Below the pieces are notes generated by a model. It did not search any database and was not told where the DNA came from. It saw nothing but the letters and a program-made list of their open reading frames with translations. This document shows, piece after piece, positions 22,486 to 32,612 of a stretch of 64,000 nucleotides of DNA. The position numbers and the translations under genes are program-made. Every line of letters starts with the position of its first letter. Position 1 is the stretch's first letter. Origin of the DNA: Bryobacterales bacterium (GTDB lineage Bacteria > Acidobacteriota > Terriglobia > Bryobacterales > Bryobacteraceae); assembly GCA_963791675.1 (NCBI GenBank), contig CAWBTD010000002.1, forward strand, positions 120 through 64,119. The letters run 5' to 3'.

Positions 22486-23886
22486 ATGTCAGCTCCTCTG
22501 CAACCAGTAGAACTTCCTGATAAAGTCAGGGTCGGTCCGATCATCGGCCCTGAAGAAAATCTCACCACTGTTACCGATACGCTGGCGGGGATCGTTCTTC
22601 GACGAAAAACGACCTATGGCTGGCTGATCGGCTTTGCTGTTTCGTTTTCCGTCATGATGGTGCTCCTGATGGCGATGACGTACCTTTTCCTGAAAGGTGT
22701 CGGCATCTGGGGTATTAATATGCCCGTGGCCTGGGGATTCGCCATTGTGAACTTTGTGTGGTGGATCGGTATCGGACACGCTGGAACTCTGATCTCGGCC
22801 ATTCTGCTGTTATTGAATCAGTCTTGGCGGAATGCGATTAACCGTTATGCCGAAGCAATGACGCTGTTCGCCGTGGCCTGCGCGGGCTTGTTCCCGATCA
22901 TGCACATGGGCCGCCCTTGGCTGGGTTACTGGCTCTTGCCTTATCCAAATACCATGTGGCTCTGGCCGCAGTTCCGCAGTCCGCTGGATTGGGACGTGTT
23001 CGCGGTTTCCACTTATGCCACCATTTCGCTAGTGTTCTGGTATGTGGGATTGATACCCGACGCAGCTTCCCTGCGGGATCAGGCGCACCATCGCTGGCAG
23101 CAGGTGATCTACGGAGTTTTAGCTTTAGGATGGCGTGGTTCTGCCCGGCACTGGCAGCGATACGAAAAAGCTTCCTTGTTGCTGGCTGGTTTGGCGACAC
23201 CTCTGGTGCTTTCCGTTCACACCGTGGTTAGCTTTGACTTTGCCGTGGCAATTCTGCCCGGCTGGCATACCACGATTTTTCCACCGTACTTTGTGGCAGG
23301 TGCCGTGTACTCCGGCTTTGCCATGGTGCTGACGCTGATGATTCCCGTGCGCAAGGTGTACAAGCTGGAAAGCCTGGTCACCATGCGCCATATCAACAAC
23401 ATGGCGAAAGTGATGTTGACCACGGGCTTGATTGTGGGTTACGGCTACATGATGGAGGCATTTTACGCTCAGTACAGCGCTAACATCTATGAAGGGTTCA
23501 TGATCAAGAACCGGATGACCGGCCCGTATGCTCCCTATTACTGGTGCTTGATTTTCTGCAACATCATTACTCCGCAGTTCCTGTGGATTAAGCGCGTCCG
23601 GAACAACTTAGTCATTCTTTGGATTGTCAGCATCATCGTTAACATCGGCATGTGGCTGGAGCGGTTTGTGATCGTAATCACCAGCTTGCACCGGGACTTT
23701 CTGCCGTCCTCCTGGGGCATGTACTATCCAACGGCGTGGGATTGGGCCATTTACATCGGAACAATGGGTCTGTTTATGACGCTCATCTACTTGTTTATGC
23801 GCGCCATCCCAATGATTACGATTCATGAATTACGGCTGCTGGTGCCTTCCGGCGCTAAGGTGAAGGAGGCTGTAAAACAGCCATGA
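22486..23886 (+). CDS. actC: Alternative Complex III subunit ActC (NrfD/PsrC-like quinol-interacting membrane subunit)
   Basis: Polytopic NrfD-like protein in the canonical position after ActB. Confidence 0.88.
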   Translation: MSAPLQPVELPDKVRVGPIIGPEENLTTVTDTLAGIVLRRKTTYGWLIGFAVSFSVMMVLLMAMTYLFLKGVGIWGINMPVAWGFAIVNFVWWIGIGHAGTLISAILLLLNQSWRNAINRYAEAMTLFAVACAGLFPIMHMGRPWLGYWLLPYPNTMWLWPQFRSPLDWDVFAVSTYATISLVFWYVGLIPDAASLRDQAHHRWQQVIYGVLALGWRGSARHWQRYEKASLLLAGLATPLVLSVHTVVSFDFAVAILPGWHTTIFPPYFVAGAVYSGFAMVLTLMIPVRKVYKLESLVTMRHINNMAKVMLTTGLIVGYGYMMEAFYAQYSANIYEGFMIKNRMTGPYAPYYWCLIFCNIITPQFLWIKRVRNNLVILWIVSIIVNIGMWLERFVIVITSLHRDFLPSSWGMYYPTAWDWAIYIGTMGLFMTLIYLFMRAIPMITIHELRLLVPSGAKVKEAVKQP

Positions 23887-24437
23887 GTCATTCCGGTTTA
23901 ATTGAAACAACTCCCATCTACGGCATCATGGCGGAGTTTCGGGATTCCACAAATCTTGTGGAAGCGGCTACCAGGGCGAAATCGGCTGGATACCGCAAAA
24001 TGGACGCCTATACGCCTTACCCGGTGGAAGATCTGGAAGAATCTCTGGATCTTCACGATAACCGCATTTCCTTATATGTGCTGTTAGCGGGGATTTGCGG
24101 AGCGACATTCGGATTTGGGTTCTTGTCTTGGGTGAACACGGTTTCGTATCCCCTGAACATCGGCGGACGCCCCATGATTAGCACTCCCATGTTTATTCCG
24201 ATTACGTTTGAATGCACCATTCTGGCAGCAGGTCTTACTTCTGCCATTGGAATGCTGTTATTGAACGGGCTGCCGATGCCTTACCATCCCGTATTCAATG
24301 TTCCTCGGTTTGCGCGTGCTTCTCAGGACGGATTTTTTCTGTGCATTGAAGCCACAGATCCGAAGTTTGACCGTAAAGGCACGGCGGAGTTTCTGGAAAG
24401 TTTAGGCGCGGAAGAGGTATCGGAAGTTGCGAACTAA
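23883..24437 (+). CDS. actD: Alternative Complex III subunit ActD (DUF3341)
   Basis: IYGIMAEF near the N-terminus, a soluble domain plus two TM helices, about 180 aa, in the canonical position. Confidence 0.85.
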   Translation: MSHSGLIETTPIYGIMAEFRDSTNLVEAATRAKSAGYRKMDAYTPYPVEDLEESLDLHDNRISLYVLLAGICGATFGFGFLSWVNTVSYPLNIGGRPMISTPMFIPITFECTILAAGLTSAIGMLLLNGLPMPYHPVFNVPRFARASQDGFFLCIEATDPKFDRKGTAEFLESLGAEEVSEVAN

Positions 24438-25206
24438 GTTGCCATCAGGAAGTGCTGGAAAACTGATTCTTGCTGCGGTGGCGGTGTGTGCGCTTTCCGC
24501 CTGCCGCCAGGACATGCACAACCAGCCCCGCTATAAACCGCTAGGAGAAACCCAGTTTTTCCCTGATAACCGGCAGTCCCGTCCCTTGCTCGCAGGGGTA
24601 GTGGCTCGTGGTGAATTGCGGGAGGCTAGTGAGTTCTACACCGGTAAATCAACTGTTCTAGGAAAAGATGGAAAACCACTGGATCTGGATTACTTTCCTT
24701 TACCTGTCACCAGAGAGTTAGTGGAGCGTGGCCATCAGCGGTTTGATGTGTTCTGCTCGCCTTGCCATGGCCGGATCGGGAATGGGTTAGGAATGATTGT
24801 GCAGCGTGGCATGAAGCAGCCGCCTTCTTACCATATTGATCGGCTGCGAAATGCACCTCCTGGCCATTTCTTTGATGTGATCACCAATGGGTATGGCGCA
24901 ATGTACAACTACGCGGCGCAAATTGGCCCGCGTGACCGGTGGGCCATTATCTCTTACCTCCGAGCTTTGCAATATAGCGAAAATGTGAATGCATCGGAAT
25001 TGACGGCGGATGCGCGCGCCAAGCTTCCTGTTCCCGGTGCTCATCCGCAGCAAGGGGAAGCCGGAGAAGGCCAGACGATAGATCTTCCTTTGGTGCCCTC
25101 CACGCCAGACCGTGTAAATTCTCCAGAGAGTGCGCCTCTTCCTCCTGGAACGCCTGCGACTCCCATGAGTCCGTCGCCCGGCAAAGCAGGGGCTGAAAAC
25201 AAATGA
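24427..25206 (+). CDS. actE: Alternative Complex III subunit ActE (monoheme cytochrome c lipoprotein)
   Basis: Lipobox ALSAC and a single heme motif CSPCHG. In the canonical position. Confidence 0.85.
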   Translation: MRTKLPSGSAGKLILAAVAVCALSACRQDMHNQPRYKPLGETQFFPDNRQSRPLLAGVVARGELREASEFYTGKSTVLGKDGKPLDLDYFPLPVTRELVERGHQRFDVFCSPCHGRIGNGLGMIVQRGMKQPPSYHIDRLRNAPPGHFFDVITNGYGAMYNYAAQIGPRDRWAIISYLRALQYSENVNASELTADARAKLPVPGAHPQQGEAGEGQTIDLPLVPSTPDRVNSPESAPLPPGTPATPMSPSPGKAGAENK

Positions 25207-26408
25207 TGATTGAAAACCAATACACGCTCGCACCTGCCTTGGGCGTGGATTTGAAACGGTATCAGAACGTAGCAGCCATTGTCGGAATCATTGGAGTTCT
25301 GCTGTTGGCGGTCGGTTTCTTTACCACTACGCCTCAACAGTTTTTACGGTCCTATTTGATCGGCTTCCTGTTTTGGAATGGCATGGCTCTGGGATGCTTC
25401 GGCTTAGTGATGATCCAATATATGACGGGCGGCGCTTGGGGAATGATGATTCGTCGTCCCCTGGAGGCCGGAACCCGAACGTGGCTGTTGGGTGCTGTTG
25501 CCGTTCTGCCGATTTTATTTGGAGTTCATTCGCTTTACATCTGGGCGCAACCAAGCGTAGTTGCGCATGACAAGGTAATTCAGGGTAAGCAGTTCTACCT
25601 GAACGTCCCTTTTTTCTATATCCGTGCGGTAATTTATTTCGTGATCTGGGGCGGCCTGATTACCCTGCTGAACCGATGGTCTCTGGAGCAGGACCGGACG
25701 GGCGACATCAATATCGCGAAAAAACTGGAAAAACTAAGTGGCCCAGGCATTGTGATCTATACCTTCACCATGACTTTTGCGGCAACGGACTGGATCATGT
25801 CTTTAGATCCGCATTGGTTTTCCACGATCTATGGCCTATTGATCTGTGTAGGGCAGACTCTTTCCGCCATGGCGCTTATTGTTGCCACTTTGGTGTTGAT
25901 GGGGAACTATGCGCCCTTAAAAGGCTTAATCACCAAGAGGCATCTTCATGATCTAGGCAAACTCCTGCTTGCCCTGACCATGCTTTGGGCATATCTTTCC
26001 TTTTCACAGTTAATTCTGATCTGGTCCGGCAATCTTCCGGAAGAAATTAGCTGGTATATCAATCGGTTGAATGGCGGATGGCAATATGTGGGAGCAATTC
26101 TTCTTTTGTTTCACTTTGCTTTCCCCTTCTTGATGCTGCTTTCCCAGGCATTGAAAAAGAACCCTCGCACCATTCAGAAGATCGCAATCTATGTTGTGGT
26201 CATCCGACTTGTGGATATCTTCTGGCTGGTGGAGCCTAACTTCACTGGTTCCCACTTTCAACTGCATTGGCTGGATGTTGTGGCTCCTGTGGCAATTGGC
26301 GGCCTATGGATGGCTTACTTTTTCTACAACTTGCGGCAGCGGCCGCTTCTGCCGATCAACGCCCCTGATTTACAAAAGGCACTGAACCATGGACGACATC
26401 ACCACTAG
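25203..26408 (+). CDS. actF: Alternative Complex III subunit ActF (second NrfD-like membrane subunit)
   Basis: Polytopic membrane protein that follows ActE with a 4-nt overlap. Confidence 0.85.
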   Translation: MMIENQYTLAPALGVDLKRYQNVAAIVGIIGVLLLAVGFFTTTPQQFLRSYLIGFLFWNGMALGCFGLVMIQYMTGGAWGMMIRRPLEAGTRTWLLGAVAVLPILFGVHSLYIWAQPSVVAHDKVIQGKQFYLNVPFFYIRAVIYFVIWGGLITLLNRWSLEQDRTGDINIAKKLEKLSGPGIVIYTFTMTFAATDWIMSLDPHWFSTIYGLLICVGQTLSAMALIVATLVLMGNYAPLKGLITKRHLHDLGKLLLALTMLWAYLSFSQLILIWSGNLPEEISWYINRLNGGWQYVGAILLLFHFAFPFLMLLSQALKKNPRTIQKIAIYVVVIRLVDIFWLVEPNFTGSHFQLHWLDVVAPVAIGGLWMAYFFYNLRQRPLLPINAPDLQKALNHGRHHH

Positions 26409-26898
26409 ACATAATCCAAGTGATCCCGACGATTTGGCGGAAAATCCACGTGTTGCTTATGAACATGGCGACGCGGACGTATTCACGATTTCGAAGTATG
26501 GCATTGGTCTGGCATTTGGCGTTCTGATCGCGGCTTCGGCCATGTGGGGCCTGTTCTCCTGGTTCCAGGCGCAGGACCGGGCGGAAGTGAATAACGTGCC
26601 AAAAACAATTTTGGATGAGCGGCCCAAACTGCCGCCATCGCCCCGGCTGCAAGCCACGCCGAAGCTCGACCTGCGGGAGTTCCGTGCGGCAGAAGATCAT
26701 ATGTTGGGTAGCTATGGCTGGGTGGACCCGGCACGTCAGATTGTCCGGATTCCGATTGATCAAGCAATTACCGCTGTGGTGAAAAAAGGGCTGCCCTCGA
26801 AACCGGTGCAAGAAGGTGAAGGGTTGGATCGAGATGGGTTCCGTCTGCTTCCTGAGTATTCCAGCAGCGGAAGAACCTCTGAAAAAGTAGCGCAATGA
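26389..26898 (+). CDS. ACIII/oxidase-associated single-TM protein (possible ActG-like), function unknown
   Basis: One TM helix (GIGLAFGVLIAASAMWGLFSWF). It is translationally coupled on both sides, overlapping actF by 20 nt and SCO by 4 nt. Confidence 0.55.
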   Translation: MDDITTRHNPSDPDDLAENPRVAYEHGDADVFTISKYGIGLAFGVLIAASAMWGLFSWFQAQDRAEVNNVPKTILDERPKLPPSPRLQATPKLDLREFRAAEDHMLGSYGWVDPARQIVRIPIDQAITAVVKKGLPSKPVQEGEGLDRDGFRLLPEYSSSGRTSEKVAQ

Positions 26899-27710
26899 CC
26901 AAGTGGGTTTCCATTGCAATTCTGCTGGCAGGCTCTCATGCCTTTGCCCAGCAGGATTTGCTGAACATGAAAGGTGTTGACCGGCCTGCTCCGTTGAAAA
27001 ACGTGGGCATCGACCAAAAGCTCAACGCACAAGTACCGCTGGACCTCCCTTTCCGTGATGAAGCGGGGCGGGATGTTCGGTTGGGGGATTATTTTGGAAA
27101 GCGTCCGGTGTTGCTGGCTCCGGTGTATTACTCCTGCCCGATGCTATGCACCCAGATTCTGAATGGTTTAACAAGCAGCTTGAAAGCAGTTGCCTTTAAT
27201 CCTGGCCAGGAGTTTGAAGTGGTAGTGGTCAGCTTCGATGCGCGGGAAAAACCGCCTTTAGCCGCGGAAAAGAAAGCGTCCATGATGAATTTCTACCATC
27301 GTCCGCAAACCGCGAATGGATGGCATCTGCTGACGGGTGACTTGGCTTCGATTAAAGCTCTTACCGATGCGATTGGTTTCCATTACAAATACGACGTCCA
27401 TACGAATCAGTTTGCTCATGCCAGCGGCATCATGCTGCTTACTCCTCAGGGAAAGCTGTCTCGATACTTTTATGGGGTGGAGTACGCGCCCAAGGACATT
27501 CGTCTGGGGTTAATCGAAGCCTCTCAAAATAAGATTGGGAATCCTGTGGATCAGGTTCTGCTGTTTTGCTATCACTATGATCCGACCACGGGGAAATATA
27601 CTCCGATCGCTTTTGGCGTGTTGCGGCTGGCCGGTGTTGCCACGCTTCTGCTGTTGGGCGGTTTTGTTTTTATTAGTTTCCGGCGTGACTCGAAGGAGCG
27701 CGGCCGTTAG
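26895..27710 (+). CDS. SCO1/SenC-family copper chaperone
   Basis: Thioredoxin-like CxxxC motif YYSCPMLC, a signal peptide, and position immediately upstream of oxidase subunit II. Confidence 0.85.
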   Translation: MTKWVSIAILLAGSHAFAQQDLLNMKGVDRPAPLKNVGIDQKLNAQVPLDLPFRDEAGRDVRLGDYFGKRPVLLAPVYYSCPMLCTQILNGLTSSLKAVAFNPGQEFEVVVVSFDAREKPPLAAEKKASMMNFYHRPQTANGWHLLTGDLASIKALTDAIGFHYKYDVHTNQFAHASGIMLLTPQGKLSRYFYGVEYAPKDIRLGLIEASQNKIGNPVDQVLLFCYHYDPTTGKYTPIAFGVLRLAGVATLLLLGGFVFISFRRDSKERGR

Positions 27711-27728
27711 ACCGTAGTCAGACAACTC

Positions 27729-28725
27729 ATGGATACGAATTCAATTCCGTTGTTCCCAGAACAAGCCTCTTCTATCGCAGGCAATGTGGACGCGCTCTAC
27801 GCCTTTCTGGTTCTGGTGACGGCGTTTTTCTCTTTACTGATTGCCGTGCTGATTGTGTACTTTGCGATCAAGTACAGACGCCGGTCAGAGGACTTTGTGC
27901 CCGGTCCGGTACACGGAGGACTTGCGCTTGAAATTACCTGGTCCGTGATTCCGCTCGGCCTTTCCATGGTGATGTTTGCCTGGGGAGCCAAGCTGTTTTT
28001 TGAAGAATCACGGCCTCCCGCCGATGCCATGGAAATCTATGTCACCGGCAAGCAGTGGATGTGGAAGCTTCAGCATATGGAAGGGCAGCGGGAAATGAAC
28101 GAGTTGCACGTTCCCGTGAATCGAAATATCAAGCTCACCATGACGTCTGAAGACGTGATTCACGACTTCTTTATCCCGGCGTTCCGTTCGAAGTCAGACG
28201 TGGTGCCGGGTAAGTATACTACCGAATGGTTTCGTCCAACAAAGGTAGGGACGTTACCATATCTTCTGCGCCGAGTATTGCGGTACACGGCACTCCAACA
28301 TGATCGGCACTGTTTACGTAATGGAACCTGCCCAATATCAGGAGTGGCTGACCAGCGGAGGCGCGCAGGGAAGTCTTGCCCAGAGGGGCGGAGCCTTGTT
28401 CCAAACGCTTGGTTGTAGCAACTGCCATGTTTCGGATGGGCAAGGTCGCTGTCCAAATCTGGTTGGTGTCTTTGGCAAACCAGTACGTACCAATACAGGC
28501 GTAGTCACCGCAGATGCCTCCTATATTCGGGAATCCATTCTGGACCCTTCGGCAAAGGTTGTCACAGGTTATGAAAACATCATGCCTACATTCAAGGGAC
28601 AGGTAAGCGAAGATGGCATTCAACAACTGATTGAATATGTCAGGTCGATTGGCCCCACTGCCGGGGATACCTCCCGCGTGCAAACAGGTGGCAGTGCCGA
28701 ATGGCAGCAATGCACAGCCTCCTAG
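27729..28725 (+). pseudogene. coxB: caa3-type cytochrome c oxidase subunit II (CuA domain plus C-terminal cytochrome c), reading frame broken by one extra nt at about 28249-28251
   Basis: The first frame reads ...DVIHDFFIPAFRSKSDVVPGKYTTEWFRPTKVG and then becomes nonsense. The +1 frame continues RYHIFCAEYCGTRHSNMIGTVYVMEP...GCSNCH... to the stop at 28725. The +1 frame is closed by TAG at 28246-28248, so the shift is pinned to GGG-A. Confidence 0.85.
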
Positions 28726-28811
28726 CAGGGTGGACAGCAATCCGAAGGGCGGCACCTCGCCCGCAGCGAAATAGTTGATGCAACAATGGGAATAACAGAG
28801 AAGCGAGTAAT

Positions 28812-30450
28812 ATGATTATCACCGCACCTCCCGAGGTCGAAACTCCGAAAAATTATATCAACGCGGAACTCGGGTTAAAGAGCTGGCTTTTCACGCAAGA
28901 TCATAAGCGAATTGCCATTCTTTACCTGATTACAGTTACCTTTTTCTTTTTGTTGGGTGGAATTTTTGCCACGCTGATTCGTTTTGAATTAGCAACGCCG
29001 GGCGCAAATCTTGTAGAGTCGGACGTCTACAATAGATTGTTCACAATGCATGGCATTGTGATGATCTTTCTGTTCTTAGTGCCCTCCATTCCTGCCACAT
29101 TAGGGAATTTTTTAATTCCGCCCATGATTGGGGCAAAAGATCTTGCCTTTCCAAGAATTAATCTCCTGAGCTGGTATTTGCTGGTAGCAGGCGGATTGCT
29201 GACTTTGTACGTCATGGTCACCGGTGGAGTGGATACCGGATGGACGTTCTACACGCCCTTGAGTTCTTCCTATGCAAACGGATATGTGATCGCCACTGCT
29301 ACGGCTATCTTTATCGCTGGCTTTAGCTCGATCCTAACCGGACTGAATTTCGTTGTTACTATTCACCGGATGCGTGCGCCCGGCATGACGTGGTTTCGCC
29401 TGCCGCTTTTCGTGTGGGCCCATTATGCCACGAGCCTGCTCCAGATTCTGGGTACGCCGGTTCTGGCTGTGACCATCCTGCTGCTTGCTTTAGAGCGAGG
29501 ATTGCACATCGGTATTTTCGATCCCGCATTGGGCGGTGATCCCGTGTTGTTTCAGCATCTGTTCTGGTTCTACTCCCATCCTGCCGTTTACATCATGATT
29601 TTGCCGGCCATGGGTGTGATCAGTGAAGTGGTTTCCACCTTTTCCCGCCGTCAACCAATGGGATATACATTTATTGCATTCTCCAGTGTGGCGATTGCGG
29701 TGTTCGGCTTTTTGGTGTGGGGACATCATCTTTTCGTCAGCAGCCAATCCGTATATGCAGGCATGGTTTTCTCCGTACTCAGTTATCTGGTGGCTATTCC
29801 CTCCGCTATCAAAGTTTTTAACTGGACCGCGACCATGTATAAGGGGTCGGTAGATCTTTCCACCCCCATGCTGTACGCCATCGGTTTCATTGGGCTGTTC
29901 ACCATTGGTGGTTTGACCGGATTGTTCCTGGCCTCCATGGGAATGGATGTCCACTTGACCGATACCTACTTTGTGATTGCTCACTTCCACTACATCATGG
30001 TGGGAGGAGCCATTCTGGGTTATCTGGCTGGCATTCATTTCTGGTGGCCTAAGATGACGGGGCGCATGTACTCAGAAGGATGGTCAAAGATTTCCGCTGT
30101 GATTGTGTTCCTGGGGTTCAATCTTACCTTTTTCCCCCAGTTCATCTTAGGTTATCTGGGTATGCCGCGCCGGTATCATGTGTACCCGCCAGAATTCCAG
30201 GTATATAACGTGCTTTCCTCGGCGGGTGCCAGTATTCTTGGAATTGGGCTGATTTTGCCGGTTTTTTACCTTACTTACTCTTTGTATAAAGGTAAGCATT
30301 GCTGGTCCGAATCCCTGGGGTGCTACCGGTTTGGAGTGGCAGACTGCCTCGCCTCCAATCACGGAAAATTTTGTCGTCACTCCTGTAGTGACAGTAGAAG
30401 CATACGATTACGCAGCCAGCGACGGAGCGAAAACAGTTGTCAGCGCATAG
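28812..30450 (+). pseudogene. coxA: cytochrome c oxidase subunit I, reading frame broken by one extra nt at about 30294-30300
   Basis: All heme/CuB motifs are present ([20 protein letters not shown]). After ...[11 protein letters not shown] the annotated frame turns to nonsense. The +1 frame gives [37 protein letters not shown]... with a stop at 30448-30450. Confidence 0.88.
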
Positions 30451-31091
30451 CGGTACGGTTGCCGTACGGCATCATTTTGAAACAGCCGGGCAGCAGAAGG
30501 AAGCCTCTACCCTGGGGATGTGGGTCTTTCTGGTGACGGAAGTGATGTTTTTTGGAGGCATGTTCATGGCATATATCGCCTACAGACATGCCTATCCCCT
30601 GGCCTTTGCGGCTGCCAGCCACAAGTTGAACATTCCGTTGGGCGCGCATCAATACGGGCGTCCTGATTTGCAGCAGCTTGACCATGGCTATGGCTGTTCA
30701 TTCGGCAGCGATGGGCAGCAAAAAGCTTCTGATTGCATTTCTGATTTCTACGCTTTTGTTAGGCGGAGTGTTTTTAGGAATCAAGGCAACAGAGTATGCG
30801 GACAAGATCGAACACCACGAAGTGCCGGGACCAAACTTTCATTTTGAAGGCCCGGACCCGCAACACGCCCCCTTATTCTTTTCCCTGTATTTCGGCCTGA
30901 CCGGGCTTCATGCCACTCACATGATCGTAGGGGCGGTAATCCTGATTGTGCTGATTGTGCAGGCTTCCAAAGGCCGCTACACCGCGGCTTGGCATACCCC
31001 GATTGAAATGTTCGGGCTATACTGGCATTTTGTCGATATTATCTGGATCTTCTTGTTCCCATTGCTGTATTTGATTGATCCACGAGGTTAG
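30437..31091 (+). pseudogene. coxC: cytochrome c oxidase subunit III, reading frame broken by one extra nt at about 30647
   Basis: The N-terminal part reads [30 protein letters not shown]...HKLNIPLGA. The +1 frame continues INTGVLICSSLTMAMAVHSA...GLYWHFVDIIWIFLFPLLYL to the stop at 31091. Confidence 0.85.
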
Positions 31092-31099
31092 CCGAAACT

Positions 31100-31399
31100 A
31101 TGTCTTCTGAGCACATTGTTCCTACTCGCGTGTATTACATGGTATTCGCGGCCCTTTTGGTCCTTACGGGAGTCACAACCGCGATTGCGTATGTGGACTT
31201 AGGGCGGTTCAACATTGTCGTGGCGCTTGCGATCGCCATCTTTAAAGCCAGCTTGGTCGTGTTGTTTTTTATGCATATCAAATACAGCACAACGCTGACT
31301 AAGGCGATCGTATGCAGTGGTGTGATCTTCCTGATCATCATGGTGTTCTTCACCATGTCTGATTTGCTGACGCGCAATATCGCAGCGCCAGGACGGTAG
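31100..31399 (+). CDS. caa3-type cytochrome c oxidase subunit IV
   Basis: 99 aa with three hydrophobic helices, located directly after subunit III. Confidence 0.75.
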   Translation: MSSEHIVPTRVYYMVFAALLVLTGVTTAIAYVDLGRFNIVVALAIAIFKASLVVLFFMHIKYSTTLTKAIVCSGVIFLIIMVFFTMSDLLTRNIAAPGR

Positions 31400-31416
31400 A
31401 ATTAACCGGCTCTCCT

Positions 31417-32061
31417 TTAGCGCTCCTGCTTTTCCCCTAAACTGGTCATAATTCTTTGCACATAACTAGTTGTTTCCGCAAGGGGTGGAATGCCTCCGGC
31501 ATCATCCACCTTGCTTGCTCCCGCGTTATAAGCACTCAAGGCAAGGCTGACATCACCCGCATAACGTGTTAATAGCTGCTTCAAAAGCTTGGCACCGGCG
31601 GTGATGTTCTGGTCCGGGTCGAAGGGATCGGAAACGCCAAACTGCTCTGCAGTGGCAGGCATCAACTGCATCAGTCCCATTGCACCTTTCGCGGAAACCG
31701 CACAAGGCCGAAATGCGGATTCCTGTTGAATCACTGCCTGGAGAAGTTCGGCGCGCAAACCATGTGTGCGAGCTGTTTTCTCCACCATATCTTTTGCCCT
31801 TGCAGGAGCAAGTGCAGGACACGTTGCTGTCGCAACCGTCTGCGGAACTGGCGACTCCATAGTGACAAAAAAGTCAGAAGCGACAGGCATACTTAGCTTT
31901 GCCTGCTTCCGAACAGAAGCAACCTGGGCCGCAAGGGAAGGTTGCATGGCTTGCTCAACTGCCATGCGTTGAGCCGCTGCTGCGGCTTCCTGCTGATCTG
32001 CAGATGCTTTCACCCCAGGGAGCAGACCGGAAAAGAGAATCACAAGGGTGAAGCGCCTCAT
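31417..32061 (-). CDS. secreted lytic transglycosylase (SLT domain)
   Basis: Signal peptide, with the catalytic region QQESAFRPCAVSAKGAMGLMQLMPATA and YNAG. Confidence 0.88.
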   Translation of the reverse strand: MRRFTLVILFSGLLPGVKASADQQEAAAAAQRMAVEQAMQPSLAAQVASVRKQAKLSMPVASDFFVTMESPVPQTVATATCPALAPARAKDMVEKTARTHGLRAELLQAVIQQESAFRPCAVSAKGAMGLMQLMPATAEQFGVSDPFDPDQNITAGAKLLKQLLTRYAGDVSLALSAYNAGASKVDDAGGIPPLAETTSYVQRIMTSLGEKQER

Positions 32062-32120
32062 CTGCTGATCTCATCGGCTTCCCGTTATGGAACTTTACGG
32101 CTCTAACCCTAGAATTTGCT

Positions 32121-32146
32121 CAAACTCCTGATGATGGAGTCGATAA
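32121..32146 (+). promoter_or_regulatory. candidate sigma-28 (FliA) promoter upstream of fliS
   Basis: CAAA-N15-GTCGATAA compared with the consensus TAAA-N15-GCCGATAA. It lies 20 nt upstream of the fliS ATG. Confidence 0.5.
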
Positions 32147-32165
32147 GCCTTTATCGGACAAAAAG

Positions 32166-32612
32166 ATGAGCAATGCACTTAGCACCTACTTCGAACAAGA
32201 GATTCTTTCCGCAGATCCCATGAAACTGGTCTGCTTGCTTTATCAAGGGGCAATCACAGACGTGCGCGAAGCTCGCAGGCAATTACAAGCAAGCAATGTT
32301 TCCGCTCGATGCGCCGCAGTCACCAAGGCATGTGACATTCTTGGTGAACTAACACAGTCCCTTGATCTGAAGCAAGGAGGCGAATTGGCCGCCCGACTTC
32401 GGCAACTTTACACTTACATGTTGAATCGAATGGTGGAAGCGAACCTTCAGAAGCGAGATGAACCATTAGCGGAAGTGCTCTCATTGCTGTGTACGCTTCA
32501 AGAAGGCTGGCAAGAGATATCGAAGCAGCAAGCTACAACATCACGAGTGTATGGCAATGCCTTTATGGCAGCACAAAACCTGGAATCAGCTTCTCACTCC
32601 TGGAGTTTTTGA
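32166..32612 (+). CDS. fliS: flagellar export chaperone FliS
   Basis: Typical FliS four-helix sequence (ILSADPMKLVCLLYQGAI...ACDILGEL..SLD...GGELAARLRQLYTYM). Confidence 0.88.
   Translation: MSNALSTYFEQEILSADPMKLVCLLYQGAITDVREARRQLQASNVSARCAAVTKACDILGELTQSLDLKQGGELAARLRQLYTYMLNRMVEANLQKRDEPLAEVLSLLCTLQEGWQEISKQQATTSRVYGNAFMAAQNLESASHSWSF

Noticed and set aside
27729-31091. Programmed +1 ribosomal frameshifting as the explanation for the three broken oxidase genes
   Set aside because: Not adopted as the primary call. The three sites (GTA GGG A CGT; AAG CAT T GCT; GGC GCG C ATC) share no slippery motif. Only the first allows tRNA re-pairing. I also see no in-frame stop or rare 'hungry' codon with an upstream SD-like stimulator as in prfB. 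I kept it as a low-probability alternative in the finding.
32151-32158. Minus-strand TCCGATAA box facing the SLT gene as a second, divergent sigma-28 promoter
   Set aside because: There is no TAAA-like -35 element at N15-16. The nearest TAAG is about 5 nt too far away. It is more likely just the other half of the CGATAA/TTATCG palindrome.
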